A DNA stretch of 64,000 nt from Anabaena sp. 54 (GCA_900299285.1 OMJF01000154.1:4306-68305), one strand, 5' to 3'; positions 41,013-51,845 are shown, numbered from the stretch's first letter. Program-made: numbers and translations. Notes: a model not told the origin generated them from the letters alone.

Positions 41013-41887
41013 ATTAACTTTTTCAGTAATTCAGGAATTTGAGACGGACTATCAGCCAGGGGAATTTTTAGGGACTTAAAAGCAGCCAATTTACTTTCTA
41101 CCGTGCCAAAATTAGCACAACGTCCAATTACAGTGGCTAAAGTTCCTGTTTGTTGCCAATTTTGTGTGGGAGGTGCGTGTCTACCGGCAATATAGGCAAT
41201 TACGGGTTTATCAATTGTTTCAGCAATATATTTTGCTGCTGCTTCTTCACTTCCTCCACCAGGTTGGCCGATTAAAACAATGGCTTCCGTGGTGTCATCT
41301 TCATCGAGAATTTGTAACCATTGCAGAAATGAAGAACCGACAATAGTATCACTGCCAATACTTACACTAATTGACTGTCCCCAACCCACCTTTGTTAATT
41401 CCCAAGCTACTTCATAGGTGAGGGTACTACTGCGGCTGACAATTCCCACAGGACCTGGGATATAAAACTCACGTTCGTGAGTACCGAGAAGAATTTTCCC
41501 AGGGACGATAATTCCCGGACTATTTGGACCGATAATTAAGGTTTCACCTGCTTCTGTTTTCCTAAGTAATTGCACCATATCTAGGGGTGGTACACCAGCA
41601 GTGATAATAATAATTTGGGGGATATTAGAAGCGATAGCTTCTAATGCTGCATCCAAAACTTGATCAGGTTGAACACAAATAATTGTTGTGTCAATTTGTC
41701 CAAATTTGGCAACAACCTCCTCAACTAAATCAAATACTGGTAGATTATATATTTGTTGTCCACTATGTCCAGGATGGACACCAGCTACCAAATTTGTACC
41801 ATAAGCTTGCATTTGAGCAATATGATTTGCTGAGATAAATTCACAAAATCCCTGGATTAAAACTTTACTTTCTGGTGTTAAGTTCAT
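41009..41887 (-). CDS. sucD: succinyl-CoA ligase alpha subunit (degenerate active site)
   Basis: IIGPNSPGII, GIVSRSSTLTYE, GQSISVSIGSD, KPVIAYIAG; GHAGA phospho-His motif absent. Confidence 0.88.
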   Translation of the reverse strand: MNLTPESKVLIQGFCEFISANHIAQMQAYGTNLVAGVHPGHSGQQIYNLPVFDLVEEVVAKFGQIDTTIICVQPDQVLDAALEAIASNIPQIIIITAGVPPLDMVQLLRKTEAGETLIIGPNSPGIIVPGKILLGTHEREFYIPGPVGIVSRSSTLTYEVAWELTKVGWGQSISVSIGSDTIVGSSFLQWLQILDEDDTTEAIVLIGQPGGGSEEAAAKYIAETIDKPVIAYIAGRHAPPTQNWQQTGTLATVIGRCANFGTVESKLAAFKSLKIPLADSPSQIPELLKKLI

Positions 41888-41948
41888 AATTTCTTATTTG
41901 TCAGGTTTCATTAGGTAAGTAATTCAATTTTTAACTTTTAACTTTTAC

Positions 41949-43187
41949 TTATCTGTTCCTCTTTTTATTCCCAGGTAATTTTACTAAACTAACTGCTTCC
42001 TTAACTGCTTCATCTAAATTTTCTACAACTATAAGTGATTGATTTGTATTTTTAAATGTGGCTAGATATTCTCTGACATCATTAAATTGAGAACCAACTA
42101 AACGCAGAACTAAATGGGGTAAATTCACCTGATTTTGACTCTTTTTACCATTAGTAGTTGACACCTGAAATGTGATTTCACTTCTGTCTAATTGTAGAAA
42201 ATTACCCATAATTTCGGGAAGTTTGTTAACTTGAGGGATAGTTCCTAAAAAGTTGATTAAAATAACTTGAATACTTGGATCTTCAGTCAAATTTTTCAAA
42301 CTACTGATTAAGCGATCGCTAAAAGTTGTCGCTTTAATATCACTCATAAATGAATGACGCAAATTGACACATTTACCAGGTTTACCACCTGCATAAACAA
42401 CCGCATCCAATGTTGTAAATATAGAACCTTTACCGTTACCTAAGATACCGATTTTACCTGGCATTTCTAAGCTATCCCAACTACCTAAAAAGTCGTTCTT
42501 TTTTTGATTACCATGACGACGACCGACCATTTTTGCGGCCATGTCAGCTATTTCGGGATGACGGTTAATAGCTCGTTCATTCACCCTGATTTTACCATTC
42601 AGAGCCATGACTTGACCCATTGAGTTCACGCCCAAAGGATTAATTTCTACTAAGTCCAAATCTTTCTGGATAAATAACTGGTACAGTTTCTCGACAATAT
42701 TACTCACAGACTGCATCAAAGTACCCCGCAAACCCATTTTCAAAGCCAGTCTTCGAGCGTAAAATGGAGAAAATTCCTGTTCGACAACCACGTGCTGGAA
42801 TTTTTCTCCTGCTGTTTCCCAGTCAATATTTGCTTCTGTACAACCCAATAAAACGGGACGACACAGCGCAGTATCCAAAACTACAGCAAGATAAAACTCC
42901 TCTTGGGCATCATACTTTGATTCTGCCAATAAGACTTCTGGGAATTGTCCCCAAATTGGTAAATTAAAGATATTCTGTGCCGCAGCTATGGCATCAATGG
43001 TTGTTTCTACGATTCTCACCCCACCCGCTTTTTCCCTTTCCCCCCCTTGTACCTGGGATTTCAGCACAATCGGGTAACGAATTTTTAAGCGTTTTAAATC
43101 TGTGGGATGATCTATTCTTTGGGATGGTAGGACAGGAATCCCGATTTTACCAAACCATTCTTTAACTTGATACTCCAATAAATCCAT
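41949..43187 (-). CDS. sucC: succinyl-CoA ligase beta subunit (divergent)
   Basis: MDLLEYQVKEWF, KSQV..G.R.KAGGV, EINPL, GNGKG. Confidence 0.88.
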   Translation of the reverse strand: MDLLEYQVKEWFGKIGIPVLPSQRIDHPTDLKRLKIRYPIVLKSQVQGGEREKAGGVRIVETTIDAIAAAQNIFNLPIWGQFPEVLLAESKYDAQEEFYLAVVLDTALCRPVLLGCTEANIDWETAGEKFQHVVVEQEFSPFYARRLALKMGLRGTLMQSVSNIVEKLYQLFIQKDLDLVEINPLGVNSMGQVMALNGKIRVNERAINRHPEIADMAAKMVGRRHGNQKKNDFLGSWDSLEMPGKIGILGNGKGSIFTTLDAVVYAGGKPGKCVNLRHSFMSDIKATTFSDRLISSLKNLTEDPSIQVILINFLGTIPQVNKLPEIMGNFLQLDRSEITFQVSTTNGKKSQNQVNLPHLVLRLVGSQFNDVREYLATFKNTNQSLIVVENLDEAVKEAVSLVKLPGNKKRNR

Positions 43188-43523
43188 TGAGACACACCTT
43201 ATACTGATAACTCCAACGCTCTATATTCCTGATATTATCTAATATTCTGCACTATCCTGAAGAATATAGAATTTGGCTTTGCTTAACTGAAAAATTTCTT
43301 TTGCCATTGTCTAATTTATAATCTAGTTGTATAAAAAAAAGTATAAGACTTGATGATCACTATTTGGCGTGTTTTTCCTGAATAATTCAACATTGGTTAG
43401 AAAATGATTCTCTCAGCTTGGAAATCCGGGTCTACATTTGACTACGAATTTTCCCTATCCCTGTACCAATTCCCGTTTTCTTTGATTATCAAAACTATAC
43501 ATAAAAAGCGACAGTAACGCCTC

Positions 43524-45065
43524 ATGAAAATTACACTTGAACAACAAGAACTACGACTTTTAAGTGATATTTTACAAAAAAGATTAGCAGCAAAAGTGAC
43601 TGATATTCAGGATTTTCAGGTAAAATGCGCTATCAAAAATGATTTATTGATGATTCTCACTGAACATGGTTCTGAAGTAATCCTTGACACTCAGCAAGTT
43701 TTTGATGTGTTGGCACAAACATTACAATCCCAATTTAACTACAAAACTCAAAAGATTCAATTTTTCTTGAGAGTTTTTGGGGACAAGCTTCCCTATGCTA
43801 AATATTTCCTAGATTCTCCCATGCCGAGAACGGAGGAAGAAATTTCCTTAACCCAACCTATTCCTGATTCATTTGTCTCCACTCCTAAAGCCTCCTTTTT
43901 AAACCCACTAGATTCAATTTTACAGAATCTATCTGAGGATGAAGATGAATCCCAGGAAATTACCCAAGGGTCTTATCCTTTTGTTCATATCCCAGATCAA
44001 CCGGAAAAAAGACATTTATGGCGATCATTTCTGCCTGTGTCTATAATTGGTACTACTGTATTTATCGTCTTCGTTTACCTTGGTGGTACTTTTGTTCTCC
44101 ATCGTGGTTGTGTAATTTTGGAGTGTAAAGAATTGCAAACAGCCAAAAAATTTAAAGGTGAATATCAGCAACAGATCAAAAGTACCAAAACCGATTTAGA
44201 GTTATTAGCAATACAACAAAAACTAGACGAGGTAGTAGCAGATTTACAAAAAATACCTCAATGGTCTCCTCGTTATCGAGAATCTCAGGAATTAGTTGCT
44301 AACCTGTCTCAAAAGTCGTTAAAAATTAACCAGGTGCTACTGGCCTTACGGACGGCAATATCTGTAGAAAAAAGAAATTTAGATCCCGCTAAAAGTTCGG
44401 ATGAATTACGTAACAGACAAAATTTGTTGAGACAGGCAATTACCCAACTAAACACCATTAAACCTGAAAGTAAATTTTATCAATTAGTACAAGGGAATTT
44501 ACCAAAGTATGAAAATAGTGTAAACACTATTACCCAGCAGTTAATTAGAGAAGAAACATGGCTGAAAAAAATTGCTAGTGCTAAAACTTTGGGGGACGCA
44601 GCTATCAAAGGTCAAGCTACTGCTAACTCTGCTACTGACGGGCAACAAGTAAAATTGAATTTACGTACAGCAATTAATACCTTAAAAACTATTCCTCAAG
44701 ATAGTTTTGGGTTTGAAGACGCGAGTAAACTTTTAGCGGCCTACCAAGCAAAAATAACTGTAGCAAATGATAACGCCAAAAAAGAACAATTATCAATAAT
44801 CTCCTCTCAACAATTTATCGCCATTATGAATCAAGTCAAAACTGATCTTAATAAAACTTGTACCAGTAAAATTAAGATTTGTACTTTTACCATCGAGAAG
44901 GATAAAATTAATATTCGCTTAACTGTTGAATATCAAAGCTTATTAAAAGTTAATAATCCCACAATGCGGCTTCACTTCCAAAGTTTGCAAAATACTCTCA
45001 AAGTCATTAGTCAAAAATATCAACTTCCTGTATCTATTGATAATTACCAGGTACAGGAACAGTAG
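43524..45065 (+). CDS. hypothetical membrane-anchored helical-repeat protein
   Basis: 513-aa ORF with a central TM helix (~aa 170-193) and two similar helical units (AINTLKTIP..S..Y/F...L..YQ). Confidence 0.75.
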   Translation: MKITLEQQELRLLSDILQKRLAAKVTDIQDFQVKCAIKNDLLMILTEHGSEVILDTQQVFDVLAQTLQSQFNYKTQKIQFFLRVFGDKLPYAKYFLDSPMPRTEEEISLTQPIPDSFVSTPKASFLNPLDSILQNLSEDEDESQEITQGSYPFVHIPDQPEKRHLWRSFLPVSIIGTTVFIVFVYLGGTFVLHRGCVILECKELQTAKKFKGEYQQQIKSTKTDLELLAIQQKLDEVVADLQKIPQWSPRYRESQELVANLSQKSLKINQVLLALRTAISVEKRNLDPAKSSDELRNRQNLLRQAITQLNTIKPESKFYQLVQGNLPKYENSVNTITQQLIREETWLKKIASAKTLGDAAIKGQATANSATDGQQVKLNLRTAINTLKTIPQDSFGFEDASKLLAAYQAKITVANDNAKKEQLSIISSQQFIAIMNQVKTDLNKTCTSKIKICTFTIEKDKINIRLTVEYQSLLKVNNPTMRLHFQSLQNTLKVISQKYQLPVSIDNYQVQEQ

Positions 45066-45087
45066 AAGAAGCAGGGGAAGTGACTCC

Positions 45088-45978
45088 TTAAATTCCCAAG
45101 TGATTTTGTAATACTTGACGCATTTGTGTCACGGGAACAGTTTCTTGTTGTAACCAGATTTTTAAGGCTGCTGCACCTTGTTGTACCAGCATTTCTAAAC
45201 CGTCAATAGTTACTATCCCTTGTTTTTGGGCTAGGTGCAAAAATTTTGTTGGTTTAGGGATATATATTAAATCATAGGCGATGGCATCACCAGGTAAATA
45301 ACCCATTTCTTGACTACTCAGTGGTGATTGTTCAACATGGGGATACATTCCTATGGGGGTTGTATTTACTAACAGGTTAGCTTGGTGAAGTAGATTTGGT
45401 AATTCCGTCCATTCATGTACTTGGAATTTATCCGCAAAGGGTGAATTTTGCCAACTTTGCTCAAATACTTGTAATTTCTGTAAATTCCGCCCCACAACGT
45501 GAATTTCTGCCAAACCGAGTTGAATACAACCAGCAACAACAGCCCTCGCAGCACCACCATTCCCTAAAATTACCGCTTTTTTCTGACTCCAATCTTGATG
45601 ATATGTTGTTTGTAAAGGAGCGATAAATCCTTCTACATCTGTATTTGTACCCAACCATTTATTACCTTTATTCACGACGGTATTTACAGCACCAATGGCT
45701 TGGGCAATAGGGGAAATTTCGGATAATAAAGGTAATATTGCTTGCTTGTGAGGAATTGTGATACTAAAGCCTACAACACCAATACTAGCAAAACCTGCGA
45801 TCGCTGTTGTTAAATTTTCTGGTGCAATGGCAAAAGGTAAATATACATAATCTAATCCCAGATTTGTCAAAGCGGCATTGTGCATCAATGGTGACAGAGA
45901 ATGTTCGACAGGGTATCCAATTACTCCCAAAATTTTAGTTTTTCCGGTAATCATTTGTATTAGTTGTTGGTTGTACAT
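45088..45978 (-). CDS. aroE: shikimate dehydrogenase
   Basis: HSLSPLMHN, TIPHK, GAVNT, NTD, GNGGAARA, DGLEMLVQQG. Confidence 0.95.
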   Translation of the reverse strand: MYNQQLIQMITGKTKILGVIGYPVEHSLSPLMHNAALTNLGLDYVYLPFAIAPENLTTAIAGFASIGVVGFSITIPHKQAILPLLSEISPIAQAIGAVNTVVNKGNKWLGTNTDVEGFIAPLQTTYHQDWSQKKAVILGNGGAARAVVAGCIQLGLAEIHVVGRNLQKLQVFEQSWQNSPFADKFQVHEWTELPNLLHQANLLVNTTPIGMYPHVEQSPLSSQEMGYLPGDAIAYDLIYIPKPTKFLHLAQKQGIVTIDGLEMLVQQGAAALKIWLQQETVPVTQMRQVLQNHLGI

Positions 45979-46044
45979 TTAAAAGGTGGTTAGAAACCGC
46001 ATTTCCCGGTATTATGAAGTACAGATATTAATGATAAAACTCTT

Positions 46045-46105
46045 GTGGTGCGGGCATCTTGCCTGCACAAAGTGTACCTCACTCAAAGCTACTTGCTGTA
46101 AATAA
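46045..46105 (+). repeat. ~60-bp dispersed repeat with GCGGGCATCTTGCC palindromic head (copies near 47084 and 48745)
   Basis: GTGGTGCGGGCATCTTGC...AAAGTGT(A/C)CCTCAC...TGCTGTAAA shared between 46045 and 48745; partial copy 47084-47135. Confidence 0.7.
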
Positions 46106-46172
46106 TTTAATTTATATAATTTAATTTACATAATTTACAATTGTTCACAGTAACTTAATATTTTTTGGCAAT

Positions 46173-47075
46173 ATGCAAACAAAAACCGCTCCTTTAACAA
46201 ATCCAATTCCTGGTCAATATTGGCAATGGCGTGGACACAAAGTGTATTATGTACAAGCAGGAGAACCGCAAGTACAACGTCCACCCTTACTACTAGTACA
46301 TGGTTTTGGTGCGTCCACAGACCATTGGCGCAAGAATATCACAGAATTGAGTGCAGACTTCCAAGTATTTGCCATTGACCTATTAGGATTTGGACGTTCA
46401 GCAAAACCTAAATTGCAGTATAGCGCCGATTTGTGGCGAGATCAACTCCATGATTTTATCAATGAAGTCATTGGTCAAAAAACAATTTTAGCAGGTAATT
46501 CCTTAGGGGGATATGCTTGTTTATGCGTTGCTTCTCAACGTTGTAATAGTGCTGCTGGTGTAGCATTACTTAATAGTGCAGGTCCATTTTCCTCAACAGA
46601 AAATCAAATTCAACCTGTTCCAAATCCCCTCAAAAAACTTTTAGGAAACGCTATCAAATGGTGTTTTAAACAACGGTTAGCACAGTCTTTGTTATTTGAA
46701 TATACGCGGCAAAAATGGGTAATTCGGAGAACATTAGAAAAGGTTTATCTTGACAAAAGTGCAGTGACAGAACAATTAGTAGAAGAAATTCAACGTCCTG
46801 CTTATGATCAAGGGGCTTTGGATGTATTCATTTCTGTTTTTAGCACTCCTCAAGGGCAGAAAGTTGATGTTTTACTCCAACAATTAAATTGTCCTTTATT
46901 GTTATTATGGGGAGAAGCAGATCCTTGGATGAAAGCGAGAGAACGTTCTCAGAAATTCCATGAATATTATCCCCAATTAACAGAATATTTTTTGATAGCT
47001 GGTCATTGTCCCCATGATGAAATTCCCCAACAGGTAAATTCACATTTACGTAACTGGGTAATTAGTTTAAATTAA
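46173..47075 (+). CDS. alpha/beta fold hydrolase
   Basis: LVHGFGAS, GNSLGG nucleophile elbow, WGEADPW, AGHCPHDE. Confidence 0.92.
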   Translation: MQTKTAPLTNPIPGQYWQWRGHKVYYVQAGEPQVQRPPLLLVHGFGASTDHWRKNITELSADFQVFAIDLLGFGRSAKPKLQYSADLWRDQLHDFINEVIGQKTILAGNSLGGYACLCVASQRCNSAAGVALLNSAGPFSSTENQIQPVPNPLKKLLGNAIKWCFKQRLAQSLLFEYTRQKWVIRRTLEKVYLDKSAVTEQLVEEIQRPAYDQGALDVFISVFSTPQGQKVDVLLQQLNCPLLLLWGEADPWMKARERSQKFHEYYPQLTEYFLIAGHCPHDEIPQQVNSHLRNWVISLN

Positions 47076-47144
47076 AATTAAGATAGGCGGGTATCTTGCC
47101 CGCTAATGATGTACCTAACTCAAGCTAAAAATGCTAGATCGAAA

Positions 47145-48656
47145 TTATCCTAAAAATAACTTATATGCGGGATTATCACTTTCATGTAAATAGCTGTAAC
47201 CAAGAGTATCTAAAAATGATTGCCATTCTGTCATTTCATGGGGAGGAACTTGCATTCCTACTAAAATGCGTCCATAATCTGCGCCATTATTGCGATAATG
47301 AAATAAGCTAATATTCCAATCAGGAGACATAGAACTGACAAACTGCATTAAAGCGCCGGGACGTTCAGGAAATTCAAAGCGATAAAGTAGTTCATTTTCT
47401 GCTAGGGGGGAATGTCCTCCTACCATGTGACGTAAATGCAGCTTTGTTAATTCATCATCTGTTAGATCTATGGTTTTTAAATCGTGAGATTCAAAATTTT
47501 CGACCATTTTAGCTGAGTCGGCACGATTTTCTATTTGCACACCCACAAAAATATGCGCTTCTTTTTCGTTAGCAATACGATAATTAAATTCGGTTAAATT
47601 CCGTTTACCAATACATTCACAAAACTTTCTTAAACTGCCTCTTTCTTCGGGAATTTTAACTGCAAAAATTGCCTCTCGACGTTCTCCAAATTCTGCCCGT
47701 TCAGCCACAAAACGCAACCGATCAAAATTCATGTTAGCGCCACAAGCAACAGCGACCAGAGTTTGATTTTGAATTTGTTCTCTTTCTGCGTAAACTTTTG
47801 CTGCGGCGATCGCTAATGCCCCCGCTGGTTCTAAAATAGAACGAGTATCCTCAAAAACATCTTTAATAGCCGCACAGGTAGCATCTGTATCCACTAAAAT
47901 AATTTCATCTACATATTGTTGACATAAACGGAAGGTTTCTTCTCCTACTTCTCGCACCGCTACCCCGTCAGCAAATAAACCGACCTGAGACAACCGCACT
48001 CTTTCACCAGCTTGCAGTGATTGATACATAGCGTTAGCGTCCACAGGTTCAACACCGATAATTTTAATATTGGGACGCAAGCGTTTAACGTAAGCAGCAA
48101 TACCGGAAATCAAGCCACCACCACCAATGGCCACAAAAATGGCGTGAATAGGTTGTTGGTATTGTCGGAGTATTTCCATACCAATTGTTCCCTGGCCAGC
48201 AATGACATCAGGATCATCAAAAGGATGTATAAAAGTTAATCCCTTTTCCGCTTCTAATTGGCGAGCGTAAGCGTAAGCATCGTCATAATTATTACCGTAT
48301 AATATTACTTCCCCTCCTCTAGCCTTGACTGCATTAATTTTTACTTGGGGTGTAATCACTGGCATGACGATAATTGCCTTTGTTCCCAAGCGACTAGCAG
48401 CTAAAGCTACACCTTGGGCGTGATTTCCCGCAGAAGCCGCTATCACACCCTGCTTGAGTAAATCTGGTGTGAGATTGACCATTTTATTATAAGCACCCCG
48501 CAATTTGAAAGAGAAGACTGACTGCATATCTTCCCGTTTCAGTAGAAGTTTGTTATTAATACGCCGAGAGAGATTGGGAGCATATTCCAGGGGTGTTTCC
48601 TGAGCTACATCATAGACACGGGCGGTAAGGATTTGTACTAAATAGTCGCAATACAT
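47145..48656 (-). CDS. ilvA: biosynthetic threonine ammonia-lyase
   Basis: SFKLRGA, ASAGNHAQG, IGGGGL, two C-terminal ACT-like regulatory domains. Confidence 0.96.
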   Translation of the reverse strand: MYCDYLVQILTARVYDVAQETPLEYAPNLSRRINNKLLLKREDMQSVFSFKLRGAYNKMVNLTPDLLKQGVIAASAGNHAQGVALAASRLGTKAIIVMPVITPQVKINAVKARGGEVILYGNNYDDAYAYARQLEAEKGLTFIHPFDDPDVIAGQGTIGMEILRQYQQPIHAIFVAIGGGGLISGIAAYVKRLRPNIKIIGVEPVDANAMYQSLQAGERVRLSQVGLFADGVAVREVGEETFRLCQQYVDEIILVDTDATCAAIKDVFEDTRSILEPAGALAIAAAKVYAEREQIQNQTLVAVACGANMNFDRLRFVAERAEFGERREAIFAVKIPEERGSLRKFCECIGKRNLTEFNYRIANEKEAHIFVGVQIENRADSAKMVENFESHDLKTIDLTDDELTKLHLRHMVGGHSPLAENELLYRFEFPERPGALMQFVSSMSPDWNISLFHYRNNGADYGRILVGMQVPPHEMTEWQSFLDTLGYSYLHESDNPAYKLFLG

Positions 48657-49032
48657 ATCAAGGGGTGCATTTCGGGTTGGTTATTAATTGTACCGCTTGT
48701 TGGGTCTTTTGGTGGCAGGTTTTGAGAAAAAGGATAAACATCCCGTGGTGCGGGCATCTTGCAGGGTAAAAGTGTCCCTCACCCTTATGGTAATCTGCTG
48801 TAAAATATATTTACGATGATTGTACTTAATAATACTATGGGGCAATCACAGATTGATATTGACTATCAATAGTAAATCCAATCTCTGCGATCGCTTTTCC
48901 CATATCTCTAAGTAAAAATTCCTATACTATACCATCATTTAATGACATCCCGTACTAATATTAGATAAAGTAGATTTAGGGTTAGTTGTTAATTTTACTC
49001 CTTGTTGTCCAGATGGTGCATTTAATTTGATA

Positions 49033-49200
49033 GAGTTTTGAGTTCTGAGGATGAAATTTTGGCCCCTGAGAATGAGGTTACGAGTTCTCAGTATGGAGTT
49101 TTGAGTTCTGAGTACAGGGTTGCAAGTTCTGACTACAGGATTTTGAGTTTTGAGGACGGAGTTTTGATTTTTAAGTACGTAGTTGTGAGTTTTGAGCATA
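49033..49200. repeat. 8 x 21-bp degenerate tandem repeat
   Basis: Units such as GAGTTTTGAGTTCTGAGGATG / GAGTTTTGAGTTCTGAGTACA; contiguous, no spacers. Confidence 0.85.
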
Positions 49201-49384
49201 AAGTAAAGTTTTGGCTTCTCAGCTTGATCATCCCTGTTTTTTAGAGAATATCATCATATCAATCTTTTGTTCCCTATATTTAGTCAAGGCGAAAATTTTG
49301 ATATTTTAACTTTTCATGCCCTTCTACTCCAATATACTATAGTAAATAGACCTGATATACATTACTAATTAAGCGTAATTCCCC

Positions 49385-50746
49385 ATGACCACTAAACGAC
49401 ATTACCACATTATTACCTTAGGTTGCCAAATGAATAAGGCCGACTCCGAGCGCATGGCTGGTATTTTAGAAGACATGAACTTTGAGTGGTCAGAAGACCC
49501 AAATCAAGCAAATGTAATCCTTTACAACACTTGCACTATTCGGGATAATGCGGAACAAAAGGTATATTCTTATTTGGGTAGACAGGCTAAACGCAAGCAT
49601 GAACAACCTGATTTAACTTTGATTGTTGCTGGTTGTGTCGCTCAACAGGAAGGAGAAGCTTTATTGCGACGAGTACCCGAATTAGATCTAGTTATGGGAC
49701 CACAACACGCTAACCGTCTCCAAGATTTGCTAGAGTCTGTCTTTGAGGGTAATCAAATTGTCGCTACGGAAGAAGTTCACATTTTTGAAGATATCACCCA
49801 ACCCCGTCGGGATAGTCAGGTAACAGCTTGGGTAAATATTATTTATGGCTGTAACGAACGTTGTACCTATTGCGTAGTTCCCAACGTGCGCGGTGTGGAA
49901 CAGTCCCGCACACCACAGGCAATTAAGTATGAAATCGAACAGTTAGGAAAACAAGGTTACAAAGAAATTACGCTGCTGGGTCAAAATATTGACGCTTATG
50001 GTCGAGACTTACCCGGTTCTACTCCCCAAGGTCGTCATCTGTACACATTGACAGATTTACTTTATTATGTACATGATGTGCCGGGAATTGAAAGAATTAG
50101 ATTCGCTACTAGTCATCCTCGTTATTTTACAGAAAGATTAATTAAAGCTTGTGCTGAATTACCGAAAGTGTGTGAACATTTCCATATTCCCTTTCAATCT
50201 GGAGATAATGAGCTTTTAAAAGCCATGTCACGGGGGTATACTCATGAAAAATATCGGCGAATTATTAATACCATTAGACAGTATATGCCGGATGCGTCAA
50301 TAAGTGCTGATGCGATTGTAGGTTTTCCCGGTGAAACAGAAGCACAATTTGAAAATACTTTGAAATTGGTAGAAGATATCGGTTTTGATTTATTGAATAC
50401 CGCTGCTTATTCACCCCGTCCCGGTACACCTGCGGCTTTGTGGGATGATCAAATCAGTGAAGAGGTAAAAAGCGACAGATTGCAAAGATTAAATCATTTA
50501 GTTAATATTAAAGCAGCAGAGCGATCGCAACGTTACCTTGGACGCATTGAAGAAGTATTAGTAGAAGCTGAAAACAGTAAAGACAAAACTCAGGTTATGG
50601 GAAGAACTGCGGGAAATCGTCTGACATTCTTTACAGGTGATATTAATTATCTAAAAGGGAAAATAGTCAAAGTCAAAATTACCCAAGTTCGTCCTTTCAG
50701 TTTGACAGGAGAAGCGGTAGCAGTTCCTCAAGCCACAACAGTTTAA
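49385..50746 (+). CDS. miaB: tRNA-i6A37 methylthiotransferase
   Basis: [21 protein letters not shown] radical SAM motif, C-terminal TRAM domain. Confidence 0.95.
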   Translation: MTTKRHYHIITLGCQMNKADSERMAGILEDMNFEWSEDPNQANVILYNTCTIRDNAEQKVYSYLGRQAKRKHEQPDLTLIVAGCVAQQEGEALLRRVPELDLVMGPQHANRLQDLLESVFEGNQIVATEEVHIFEDITQPRRDSQVTAWVNIIYGCNERCTYCVVPNVRGVEQSRTPQAIKYEIEQLGKQGYKEITLLGQNIDAYGRDLPGSTPQGRHLYTLTDLLYYVHDVPGIERIRFATSHPRYFTERLIKACAELPKVCEHFHIPFQSGDNELLKAMSRGYTHEKYRRIINTIRQYMPDASISADAIVGFPGETEAQFENTLKLVEDIGFDLLNTAAYSPRPGTPAALWDDQISEEVKSDRLQRLNHLVNIKAAERSQRYLGRIEEVLVEAENSKDKTQVMGRTAGNRLTFFTGDINYLKGKIVKVKITQVRPFSLTGEAVAVPQATTV

Positions 50747-50826
50747 TAAAAACAACTGTTAATAGGTTTTACAACTAAGACTTACTTAACTGCCACAAAA
50801 AATTATCATCCTTTAAAGGAGTAACT

Positions 50827-50896
50827 CTGACAACTGACAACTGACAACTGACAACTGACAACTGACAACTGACAACTGACAACTGACCACTGACAA
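50827..50896. repeat. STRR heptamer array (CTGACAA x10)
   Basis: Nine CTGACAA units and one CTGACCA unit. Confidence 0.92.
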
Positions 50897-50913
50897 CCTA
50901 CTTAAATACAATC

Positions 50914-51783
50914 ATGTTTACCATTGAACTCCAAGAAAGACAATACAAAACTTACATCTTGTCGGATAAAACCGCTGATACACAAATAGAAGTTGTTCCA
51001 GAAAGAGGTGGTATAATTACTCGTTGGCTGGTGCAAGGTCAAGAAGTTTTCTACATGGACCTTGAACGCTTTACTCATCCTGATTTGAGCGTTAGAGGTG
51101 GTAATCCCATTTTGTTTCCCCTTTGCGGTAACTTACCTGATAATACTTATAATGTTGATGGTAAGCCGTATAATATTAAACAACATGGTTTTGCGCGGGA
51201 ATTGCCTTGGACAGCAACAGAGCAAAATACAGAAGGTAAAGCTAGTGTGACTGTAATTCTCAACAGCAATGAAGAAACAAAGGCCGTTTATCCTTTTGAT
51301 TTTCAATTGGCTTTTACCTACGAACTCCAAGGTAATACTTTAACAGTCCGTCAGGAATACAAAAATCTGTCCTCCACACCCATGCCATTTTCCGCTGGTT
51401 TCCACCCTTATTTTCTCTGTGGGGATAAAAATCAGCTAGAAGTGGAACTTCCCTCTGGAGAATATCAAGACAACAAAACCAAGGAATTTCACGCTTTTAA
51501 TGGCAAATTTGACTTTAGTCAAGATGAAATTGATTTTGCTTTTGGTGGACTAACCGCTAAATCTGCCTCTGTCACCGATAATAGCCGCAAATTCAAGCTC
51601 ACCCTCGATTATGATGATTTTACCACCTGGTTGGTGTTTTGGACTGTGAAGGGCAAAGATTTCTATTGTCTAGAGCCTTGGAGCGCCACCCGCAATGCTT
51701 TCAACACGGGTGATAACCTGACTGTTTTAGCTCCAGGAGCTAGTTGTACTGCGGCTTTCCAACTAACAGCAAATTTTTTCTAA
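50914..51783 (+). CDS. aldose 1-epimerase family protein
   Basis: RGGNPILFP, HGFAR, GFHPYF, FYCLEPW. Confidence 0.9.
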   Translation: MFTIELQERQYKTYILSDKTADTQIEVVPERGGIITRWLVQGQEVFYMDLERFTHPDLSVRGGNPILFPLCGNLPDNTYNVDGKPYNIKQHGFARELPWTATEQNTEGKASVTVILNSNEETKAVYPFDFQLAFTYELQGNTLTVRQEYKNLSSTPMPFSAGFHPYFLCGDKNQLEVELPSGEYQDNKTKEFHAFNGKFDFSQDEIDFAFGGLTAKSASVTDNSRKFKLTLDYDDFTTWLVFWTVKGKDFYCLEPWSATRNAFNTGDNLTVLAPGASCTAAFQLTANFF

Positions 51784-51790
51784 AAACCCC

Positions 51791-51821
51791 TTGACAAAAC
51801 CATGGCTGTTTATGGTATATT
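51791..51821 (+). promoter_or_regulatory. candidate promoter of tRNA-Lys
   Basis: TTGACA at 51791 and TG-N-TATATT at 51813-51821. Confidence 0.5.
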
Positions 51822-51845
51822 TATAAAGTTGGAAAAACAGCAAAA

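Noticed and set aside
49033-49200. 21-bp periodic array as a CRISPR array
   Set aside because: Units are contiguous and degenerate, with no unique spacers and no cas genes in the window.
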